A stretch of 64,000 bases of DNA from a virus (taxonomy: Duplodnaviria > Caudoviricetes). The position numbers and the translations under genes were made by a program. The stretch lies in the IMG/VR virus record IMGVR_UViG_3300007513_000003. One strand, given 5' to 3'. The notes beneath the pieces are model-generated. The model did no database searches. It saw only the letters and a program-made list of their open reading frames with translations, and had not been told where the DNA came from. Below, in pieces: positions 37,493 through 45,107 of the stretch (positions are counted from its first letter, which is position 1; each line of letters opens with the position of its first letter).

Positions 37493-38338
37493 TTAATTAT
37501 TATACATTTCCATAGCACGAATAAAACGTGTCATACCAATGCCACCGCCTACTCTTGGAAAGAAGTCCATTGCTAAAAAGTCTTCCAACTCTTTTTCAAC
37601 TCTTTCTCTACCAAACGTATCAAATAGTATATTAGCATAACCGCCGTCACTAATAGTATGGAACATATGTTTCATTTGTTCTTTATCTGTAGCACGTTCT
37701 GCTGATCCAATTGTTTCTTGTCCAGCAATAATAACATCAATCTTTGCCGCAGTTTCGCCATCGTCGTTTTGTTTCATGTTCCAAAATGGACTTGTGTAGT
37801 TTGGAAAGTTTTTAATCATTGCTACACGGCCATTAAAGTTTTGGCACATTTTTTCTTCATGCTCGTGTTCTAATTCTTTAACGCCGTAAATATCACACCA
37901 TTCTAAATAATCTTTAGCAACAATGTTTTCGCCATCGGACCATGTTAAGTAGTCCATAAGTTCGCGTTCCATCTTCTCTAAATCTAAAATAGTTCCTGGA
38001 AACTCAAACTCAAACATTGGAAATATTAGTTCATGTCTACCAGCTACCGGATTTGGCTCTTGCCTATAGGAGGTGGAAATACAAAAAAACCCCGGAACGT
38101 CGGGGCGTGTTAGTAATTCATGTTCGAGCCACATTTGGCCCGTTTGTGGCAGGGGCCATAGTTGCCCTGCGTAATTATAGGTCGCTATTGTTGTTGGATC
38201 TTCGCATGCCGCTAGTATGCTTAATCTATTTTGTGTGTGTACTTCTAAGAATCCTTTAGCCATAAAAAAAGACCTTAATAGGTCTGCGGCTTGTGTAAAG
38301 TGTTGTGGATTGATAAGTTGTGTCATTGTTTTCTCCAT
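37493..38338 (-). CDS. class II aminoacyl-tRNA synthetase catalytic-domain protein (Asn/Asp/Lys-like, no anticodon domain)
   Basis: Motif 2 SYRQEP...RH..IFPMFEFE, ETIGSAER, motif 3 PRVGGGIGMTRF; only 281 aa. Confidence 0.85.
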   Translation of the reverse strand: MEKTMTQLINPQHFTQAADLLRSFFMAKGFLEVHTQNRLSILAACEDPTTIATYNYAGQLWPLPQTGQMWLEHELLTRPDVPGFFCISTSYRQEPNPVAGRHELIFPMFEFEFPGTILDLEKMERELMDYLTWSDGENIVAKDYLEWCDIYGVKELEHEHEEKMCQNFNGRVAMIKNFPNYTSPFWNMKQNDDGETAAKIDVIIAGQETIGSAERATDKEQMKHMFHTISDGGYANILFDTFGRERVEKELEDFLAMDFFPRVGGGIGMTRFIRAMEMYNN

Positions 38339-38373
38339 TCAAAATTTTTTTAGGCCTGTTGCCTAAACTGTTT

Positions 38374-38389
38374 CTATTTATATAAATAG
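38374..38389. promoter_or_regulatory. palindromic bidirectional late promoter
   Basis: CTATTTATATAAATAG between divergent genes; TATAAATA on both strands. Confidence 0.65.
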
Positions 38390-38421
38390 TATAAAATAGA
38401 TACTATATATGGAGTAATAAT

Positions 38422-38682
38422 ATGGCAGCAAACGGAATTTCAACACTAGGAACAAGACAAGCAAGGCAAGATGCAAAACTTAATATTGCTGAAGCCAAGC
38501 GACAAGGTAAGGTTGTGGCAACTGATGGCACAATCACTGGCGCGGCTGATCCATCTAAACCATATTATAGAACTTTAAATACATTAGACAAGAATTTACT
38601 TCCTAATCCATATAACGGAAACAATGTCGCTCCGGATGATGGAGCAAGTGCGCCTTTAACTTCTGGTAGGCCCTGGACTTAA
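38422..38682 (+). CDS. small probable virion protein
   Basis: MAANGISTL...; late box and GGAG SD upstream. Confidence 0.65.
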   Translation: MAANGISTLGTRQARQDAKLNIAEAKRQGKVVATDGTITGAADPSKPYYRTLNTLDKNLLPNPYNGNNVAPDDGASAPLTSGRPWT

Positions 38683-39275
38683 TACTTGTCTCGGAAGTCT
38701 GAAGGATTATTTTTATCATAGTCATATGCGCGACTATGCTTTTCTAATTTACCAACAGTTTTACTAGCATAATCCTTGGCAATGCCAAGTTCTTTAACTC
38801 TATCTGCCACTGCTCTAGCAACGGCTACTTGGTCCGCTGTTGGTGGATTTGCTTTGGAGGATGATAAGAAGCCTGACAGTAGATTAGCAACATCATCATC
38901 AAATTGCCCTACTACGTCTCTTAAAATATGAAGTAATAACGCAGTAGCGCCGGCTTCTTTTGAAATTAATGCAGGACTTTTGCCTGGTTTTAGGTTTGTT
39001 GTTTTAATTCGACTAATCATATCACTAACATCACGGCCTGCTTTGGTCTGTTGTGTTTCATAATCAGGAATAGACATACCAGTTTGTTTAATAAATTTAT
39101 CATTTACTTCAGTGGCTTGGTTGTTTAACTCTTCGGCGTCTGCTACCTTGCCTTTTTCTTCAAGTTCGCCAGCTTTATCAATTAATTTATTAAATAATTT
39201 AACTTGTCGCTTAAGAATTGCCTGTTTTGCTTTTTCGGCTGCTTTGCTTTCTTGTAGTATGTCTGTAATTTTCAT
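38679..39275 (-). CDS. probable head-internal protein (MKITDILQES leader)
   Basis: Leader motif shared with many neighbours. Confidence 0.6.
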   Translation of the reverse strand: MKITDILQESKAAEKAKQAILKRQVKLFNKLIDKAGELEEKGKVADAEELNNQATEVNDKFIKQTGMSIPDYETQQTKAGRDVSDMISRIKTTNLKPGKSPALISKEAGATALLLHILRDVVGQFDDDVANLLSGFLSSSKANPPTADQVAVARAVADRVKELGIAKDYASKTVGKLEKHSRAYDYDKNNPSDFRDKY

Positions 39276-39276
39276 T

Positions 39277-39906
39277 TTACTTTCTAGCGTTTAACATCTC
39301 ATCACTCATATCACCTATTGTACCACTAGGCTTTTTCGTTTTCTTTGCAACAGATTTTGGTTGTCTTTGGTTAAACTTATCTTGGGCAGCTTTGCTTGTT
39401 GCAGTACCTGCTACGCTTGAAGTTGAAGCACGTGGTAGTACGCTTCTTGCTCTTTTTGGTGTGCTTGTTGCAGTACCTGCTACGCTTGAAGTTGAAGCAC
39501 GTGGTAGTACGCTTCTTGCTCTTTTTGGTGTGCTTGTTTTTGCTTTTGCACTACCAAATTCGCCGGCGGCGTCAGCAGTTTGTCCTGCTTTAACATTTTT
39601 GTTAACTATAGCTGATTTCTTTGCTTTTGCTACTGGTGTACCAGCAAACTCACCTGCATCCATTGGTGTTGGTGTTTTATCAGCGCCCGTTCCGCCAAAT
39701 GCGTCTAAGCCAACATTTCTTTCTCTTTGGGCGGCAACATTTGTATCTCTTGCTAGTGAGCCTGCGGCAATTTTACCAATTGTGCCTCCTACTTTTTCAT
39801 CTTGTCCTTTATTTAATTCTGCTTTATTTTTCTGAACATATTGCTTCACTTTAGCAGTTGCGTCTGATGTGTTTTTTTTGCCAAATACGAATTCATCAAT
39901 TCTCAT
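39277..39906 (-). CDS. basic low-complexity probable head-internal protein (MRIDEF leader)
   Basis: K/A/T-rich; 23-aa exact duplication. Confidence 0.65.
   Translation of the reverse strand: MRIDEFVFGKKNTSDATAKVKQYVQKNKAELNKGQDEKVGGTIGKIAAGSLARDTNVAAQRERNVGLDAFGGTGADKTPTPMDAGEFAGTPVAKAKKSAIVNKNVKAGQTADAAGEFGSAKAKTSTPKRARSVLPRASTSSVAGTATSTPKRARSVLPRASTSSVAGTATSKAAQDKFNQRQPKSVAKKTKKPSGTIGDMSDEMLNARK
39393..39538 (-). repeat. exact 69-nt tandem duplication (TSTPKRARSVLPRASTSSVAGTA x2)
   Basis: Units 39393-39461 and 39462-39530. Confidence 0.95.
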
Positions 39907-39918
39907 AATAATTATTCC

Positions 39919-40725
39919 TTATTTTCTATCGTCGTCACTTCGAAAAGCGTTTTGAGATGTTGAAGTATTTGGATTTTTCCAGGATTTCTTACGTTTACCA
40001 TCTCTTACAACAACATCTGAACCTGCTTTACGTGTATCAGGTGATGGTTCAAACAAGTTTCTAAGATCACCGTGTGGGTATTTTAGACGTCTACCATCAG
40101 GTGCCTTATAAGGATATTGTTTATCTAAAGCCATATCTCGCGCCGTTCTCTTAGAACCTTGGGACGTTTTATATTCGCTGTCTTTCATACCGGCATTAGC
40201 CTTGATACGAGCAATAGTATCGTCCAATACACTTGGATCTCGATAGGCTTCTTGATCGCCGGATCCTGCGTCTTGGTGTGCACTTGGATCTCCTCCATAG
40301 GCTTCTTGATCTGTTTTTGCTACTGCTGTTCCAGGTGGAGGAGTATTTGGTAATTTGACCGCTACTGCTGTTCCAGGTGGTGGAGTATTTGGTCCTTTGG
40401 CCGCTACTGCTGTTCCAGGTGGTGGAGTATTTGGTAGTGGTGCTTTCTTTGTTTTTGCTCCTGGTGTACCAGCAAACTCACCTGCATCCATTGGTGTTGA
40501 TGCTTGATCTGTTTTTGCTACAGCACTTGTAGTTGGGTCGCCTTCGCGAGCTCTTCTTGCTCTGTGCCCGTGCCTGATTTTGTCTGCTATTGGGTCTGTA
40601 GTAAACTTCTTTTTAAGCCAGCCCAATAGACCTCCAGACTGCGTTTCGTCCGAGGAACCACTTTTTTGCGGCCATCTTTCCATAATGAGTTCATCATTCT
40701 CTTTAATAATATCTAAAATTTTCAT
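39919..40725 (-). CDS. low-complexity probable head-internal protein (MKILDIIKEN leader)
   Basis: PNTPPPGTAVA repeats; DQEAY..DPS x2. Confidence 0.65.
   Translation of the reverse strand: MKILDIIKENDELIMERWPQKSGSSDETQSGGLLGWLKKKFTTDPIADKIRHGHRARRAREGDPTTSAVAKTDQASTPMDAGEFAGTPGAKTKKAPLPNTPPPGTAVAAKGPNTPPPGTAVAVKLPNTPPPGTAVAKTDQEAYGGDPSAHQDAGSGDQEAYRDPSVLDDTIARIKANAGMKDSEYKTSQGSKRTARDMALDKQYPYKAPDGRRLKYPHGDLRNLFEPSPDTRKAGSDVVVRDGKRKKSWKNPNTSTSQNAFRSDDDRK
40319..40435 (-). repeat. three 42-nt-period coding repeats (PNTPPPGTAVA core)
   Basis: Units start at 40319, 40361, 40403. Confidence 0.9.
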
Positions 40726-40822
40726 AATTATGAAATCCTGTAAATAATGTTTTATATATTTATACGTTAGAGTATTATTTTACATATTCTTTTTTATTAT
40801 TCAGGTGGTGAAGGGAAAGTAA

Positions 40823-42535
40823 TTAGGATGTATGCGGTGATATTTTATTAGTCGACGGCACACCTACAGCATTTTGTAATGCTTCTTCAAACTGGCCTGA
40901 ATCTGCCAAAGCCTTAGCAGAGCCTTGCAATACTCCATTCAACGCAGCTTTTATTTTAGGATCTTGGAATTTTTGCGGAAGCGACTCGACAAAACTAGTC
41001 ATTGATTGAATATTTTCTACTACTTTTGGTCCTTCAGACAACGGCAGACTCAATTTTTCCCAGTTTGCAGTTTCTTTTTCCATTATGCCCTGTAATTTTG
41101 CCGCGGCGCTTGCTACACCACTTGATGATACAGATTCAATAGCATCTGGAAGTAACATGTTCAGTGTAGCATTTAATGACATCTGATTTGCCGCTGTGTT
41201 AGCAATCGTTACACCGGCCGCACCAGGCCCTTCTAAATCCTCTGCGCTGTCGTCTGCAGATGACGTTACTTCAGACCAATCTCCAGTCAGTGCTTGCCCA
41301 ACGTAATCAATTGGTGATCCTGCTCCCAAACCAGTTAACGCATTTTGATATTCTTGCAATGCTTGTTCAAAAGGACTCAACGTAGTAGTGCCGTCTGCGT
41401 TAACAGTTGATCCCATAACTGTTCCCATTACGTCATCAAATTTCATTTCACCATTTGTACCTGAACCACCGCCAAATTGGCTTGCTAATTCAGTCGCCGA
41501 ATCACTTGAAACTTTACTAGTTCCACTCGGAAATCCTGTATTTGCTGGTATATTATCAAATCCTGAAACCACATCTCCTAGATCGGCTATGACTCCGTTA
41601 GATAATGCACCAAAATCTCCAGCAAAATCGCTAACATAATTGCTGAATTCCGAGGTACCAATAGCACCACCTGATGCTTTTTTAAAATCCAAAAACTGCG
41701 AGCCATCAGTAATGCCTGACGCTTTAGTTGTTCCTAAAACTGCTTTCATTTCTGATATGCCTGTCGGTGTGTTAACTTTTTGTAATATACTTGTTGCTTG
41801 GCTGTCTGTTAAAGTATCTAAATCAATACCGCTATCACGAACAGCATTTGAAACTACAGGAGATACCAATGCTGATTCTAACAAAGATGCAGAACTTTGA
41901 TCTAGTGGTAATCCAGCCAATGTGCCAAGTTGTGATGCGGCATTTGCAAATCCAGCGCCTGCTGTTCCAGAACCAGAAGCCATTTGAGCAAATTGCCCTG
42001 CTACTTTACCAAGTTCTGAAGAAACTGTTTCTTTTGCACCTTGCACAGCGTTATGCATTACATCTGCAGATTGTGCTACAGCAGATTCTATCTGTGCAAA
42101 ATTTTCTGTAAATTTTGATAAATCATCTGGTATAAGTTTTTTTACATGATTTTCAACAGATTCTATTAATGTAGAACTACCTAACGATGCCTGCATATTA
42201 TCGGGAACCATTCCACAATCTGCTCCTAATTGATGAATTGCGTTAGCGTGTGTTTGAGCACAACCAAACATTCCTGCTTCTTGCCCAGTTGCTTCAACGT
42301 TAGCCAAATTCCCTATCATTGTAGTAGTAACGGCTATTTTTGATTTAATACCATCAATAAGTGCCTGTGTAGACGCTGGCATTTGTATTGCTCTGTTAGG
42401 ATCGCCGATCGGCTTCAACATTTCCTTTAAGGCTTCTGTTCCTAAACAATTGTCGCCAGTCTGACATCCGCCGGCATCTGCCGCCGCCTTTTCTTTTTCT
42501 CTTTGTTGATTAAAGTCCGGTAGTAAAAAAGACAT
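40823..42535 (-). CDS. Ala/Gly/Ser-rich virion structural protein next to PAAR
   Basis: 570 aa; directly downstream of the PAAR gene. Confidence 0.55.
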   Translation of the reverse strand: MSFLLPDFNQQREKEKAAADAGGCQTGDNCLGTEALKEMLKPIGDPNRAIQMPASTQALIDGIKSKIAVTTTMIGNLANVEATGQEAGMFGCAQTHANAIHQLGADCGMVPDNMQASLGSSTLIESVENHVKKLIPDDLSKFTENFAQIESAVAQSADVMHNAVQGAKETVSSELGKVAGQFAQMASGSGTAGAGFANAASQLGTLAGLPLDQSSASLLESALVSPVVSNAVRDSGIDLDTLTDSQATSILQKVNTPTGISEMKAVLGTTKASGITDGSQFLDFKKASGGAIGTSEFSNYVSDFAGDFGALSNGVIADLGDVVSGFDNIPANTGFPSGTSKVSSDSATELASQFGGGSGTNGEMKFDDVMGTVMGSTVNADGTTTLSPFEQALQEYQNALTGLGAGSPIDYVGQALTGDWSEVTSSADDSAEDLEGPGAAGVTIANTAANQMSLNATLNMLLPDAIESVSSSGVASAAAKLQGIMEKETANWEKLSLPLSEGPKVVENIQSMTSFVESLPQKFQDPKIKAALNGVLQGSAKALADSGQFEEALQNAVGVPSTNKISPHTS

Positions 42536-42536
42536 A

Positions 42537-42827
42537 TTATGAACCTACTATAACATCAGGACTACCTACTGCCCTAGGGTGTCCGCATGTATCTATATCA
42601 ACATCAGTTCTTAATGCTGGTTTACCTTCAATAATAACTGATTCACATGTAGAAACGGTTAACGCACTACAATGCGATCCTGGATTCGGGCACGGAGCGT
42701 GGGGCGTCACTGACATGTCAGGAACACCTGCTTTCCTTCCGTTTATAAGAACAGACTTTGCACCACCAGTCGCAATGCCACCGGCCGTGTTAGGATCTTT
42801 TTCTCTTTGTGCTTTCCAACCTGACAT
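42537..42827 (-). CDS. PAAR-repeat spike tip protein
   Basis: SVLINGRKAG, PHAPCP..SH, VIIEGKPALR, CGHPR..GSPDVIVG. Confidence 0.88.
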   Translation of the reverse strand: MSGWKAQREKDPNTAGGIATGGAKSVLINGRKAGVPDMSVTPHAPCPNPGSHCSALTVSTCESVIIEGKPALRTDVDIDTCGHPRAVGSPDVIVGS

Positions 42828-42861
42828 ATAGTTATTTATAACGTATTATAATAACTATTTA

Positions 42862-43152
42862 TTATCCCACACTAATGCCAGTTGTTCCTTGGATATATTG
42901 ATCTGCCATTGGCTTTACTGTTTTGCCGATAACCATACAATGGGATTTGTCTAGTGTGACAGTAGAATCTAACTCCATAGTAAACATAAACTGAGAAATT
43001 CCGACCCCTTGCGGGCCCATTTGTAGAGACATAGGTTTTTCTATTGTGATATGAGTTTCAGTTTCGTCACTAAATCTACCAATAACTTCTTCACCAGATG
43101 TTAATTTAATTGAGATAACATCATTCTTTTTATAATTGACTTCTAATAACAT
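42862..43152 (-). CDS. conserved phage protein, possible Sm-like fold
   Basis: DVISIKLTSGEEVIGRF...ITIEKP. Confidence 0.55.
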   Translation of the reverse strand: MLLEVNYKKNDVISIKLTSGEEVIGRFSDETETHITIEKPMSLQMGPQGVGISQFMFTMELDSTVTLDKSHCMVIGKTVKPMADQYIQGTTGISVG

Positions 43153-43750
43153 TTGTACTTTCCTTGAATATTTTTATTGCACTAGTGCATATTAATAAAG
43201 CAATACCTCCGCCTATAACGATATCTGGAATATTGCTTTGTGTAAACATTACCAATAATCCTGCTATAATAATACCAACACTTGATAATGCATCATTTCT
43301 ACAACATATATAAGCACTCTTAAGATTAATATCTTTGTTTCTATAATATAACAATATTACTGCTGATATAATATTTCCTATTAATACAAAAATACCTACA
43401 TAAGTTATAGGGTGTGGATCAGGAACATATCCCGTCATAATGTTATTAAGGACATATACTAATGCCATAATACCAAACGCAAACATTATTATTGATTTGA
43501 CTAACGCTAGTTTGGCTTTTGTTTTTACTGCTGATCCTATAACAACTATACTACTTCCTAATATAAGTGCATCGCCTATATTATGAGCACTATCACTTAA
43601 TAAACTTACTGAATGAGACAATATACCATAATATAACTCTAATCCAAACATAAGTGCATTGATTAAAAAGCATATGATTAGTGCGTTGCGTTCACAGGCT
43701 TGGCATTGATCGACTGGCCGGCACGTATCATCGAGACATAAACGAAACAT
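43130..43750 (-). CDS. cation diffusion facilitator (CDF) family transporter, TM domain only
   Basis: SVSLLSDSAHNIGDA, CCRNDA, PDIVIG; six TMs. Confidence 0.8.
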   Translation of the reverse strand: MFRLCLDDTCRPVDQCQACERNALIICFLINALMFGLELYYGILSHSVSLLSDSAHNIGDALILGSSIVVIGSAVKTKAKLALVKSIIMFAFGIMALVYVLNNIMTGYVPDPHPITYVGIFVLIGNIISAVILLYYRNKDINLKSAYICCRNDALSSVGIIIAGLLVMFTQSNIPDIVIGGGIALLICTSAIKIFKESTNVIRSQL

Positions 43751-43983
43751 TATGCAACAAGATCATCAATGGGGTGTGCAATTAATCCGTGAAATCCGCC
43801 TTTAATTAATGTATCGTCTTTATAAATCTGAGGAACAGTTCTAAAACCCTGGCCCAGGATCCATTGCTTTGCTTCTTCGTTTGTATCTAAACTAACTTCT
43901 TTATATTCAATATTGTTTTCTTCTAAATACTTCTTTGCACTAACACAAAAACCACACGTATCTTTACTATATACAGTAATCAT
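43750..43983 (-). CDS. glutaredoxin
   Basis: YSKDTCGFC, RTVPQI, GGF. Confidence 0.9.
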   Translation of the reverse strand: MITVYSKDTCGFCVSAKKYLEENNIEYKEVSLDTNEEAKQWILGQGFRTVPQIYKDDTLIKGGFHGLIAHPIDDLVA

Positions 43984-45107
43984 TTATTTAAATACTCCTT
44001 TAAAATTATTGGTTCTTCTCTATTTGGAAAGTAATCTTGTTTCTCTCCTTCTCTATATAAATCTAACGTTAAGCAATGCAAGCCGCCATCCCAGAAATAA
44101 CAATGTCTCCATGGTACATGTACGGGTTCCATTTTATGCTTTTTTAAAAAATCTAATAGATTTTTATTTGTCATACTACTAACACACACATGGCGCTCAT
44201 CTAATACTAAAACGTTAACGTCAAATACACTTTCCTCAACATACCCTACCCATTCATCTAACCAGGTATTAACATAATTTGCAAATTCTGGATTTGAAAC
44301 CGCTTCAGGATGCCACCATTTACCGTTTGTTTTCTGTTTCCAATTAAAAAAATCTCGAATTTTTTCCCAAGATTCATTTTCTATATAACATACATCCCAA
44401 TTTGGAAAGGTTTCATTATAGTCTTGAAAATCAAATACGCTTATAATAGCACCAGGCTTTATTGGATGAAAACATCCATCACTGTGAGAATATGGATTAT
44501 CTAATACATTTATTCGAGTATCTGCAAACATTCTTTTTAAGCCTGCCCAGGGCATACAGCATGTATAATTTATATAAGCATCTTTTCCTAGTAAAAAGAC
44601 ATTTGCACTTGTAGGAGGGTGTTTTTCTATGGAAAAATTTTCTATTTTTAAATAATCATCCGACTCATTTTGAAAATCAAACATATTATGCAATTTATAT
44701 CCGTTTGACTTGAGTCCATTTGTTATATTTAGATTATCAGCATAATTAGTCCATAGTTTATTTCCTATTACTATTTGATTATCTCTTGGTTGTAATGCAT
44801 TTCTAGGGATTTTTACTTCACCTACTTCATTAATATAATTTTCAATTCTATCGGATTTATCAGATGTAGGACGAATAACTTCGCATCCAAAATCTTTTAA
44901 AATTTTTTCATAATTTGATAAGTCTTCGAGTGTTTCTTCTGCAATTCTTTGCAAAGGGTTTCTAACTTTTGCATCTTTGATATTTTCAAAGAAGTCCGGC
45001 CCCCACACGGTGCCAAGCATTACTTTTTTAAGCGGATCCCATTTATTCCAGATGTTACACTCTTTCATTAATAAGGCGCCTTTAGATTCCACATCCACCC
45101 GCCACAC
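43980..45107 (-). CDS. amidinotransferase family protein (second copy)
   Basis: WNKWDPLKKVMLG, LQPRD, SHSDG, FWDGGLHCLTLDL; the ATG of MKECNIW may be the real start. Confidence 0.85.
   Translation of the reverse strand: MWRVDVESKGALLMKECNIWNKWDPLKKVMLGTVWGPDFFENIKDAKVRNPLQRIAEETLEDLSNYEKILKDFGCEVIRPTSDKSDRIENYINEVGEVKIPRNALQPRDNQIVIGNKLWTNYADNLNITNGLKSNGYKLHNMFDFQNESDDYLKIENFSIEKHPPTSANVFLLGKDAYINYTCCMPWAGLKRMFADTRINVLDNPYSHSDGCFHPIKPGAIISVFDFQDYNETFPNWDVCYIENESWEKIRDFFNWKQKTNGKWWHPEAVSNPEFANYVNTWLDEWVGYVEESVFDVNVLVLDERHVCVSSMTNKNLLDFLKKHKMEPVHVPWRHCYFWDGGLHCLTLDLYREGEKQDYFPNREEPIILKEYLNK

Noticed and set aside
40319-40435. 33-nt repeats with short variable spacers resembling a mini-CRISPR
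   Set aside because: Spacers are only 9 nt, the 42-nt period keeps frame, and the array encodes PNTPPPGTAVA inside an ORF; no cas genes present
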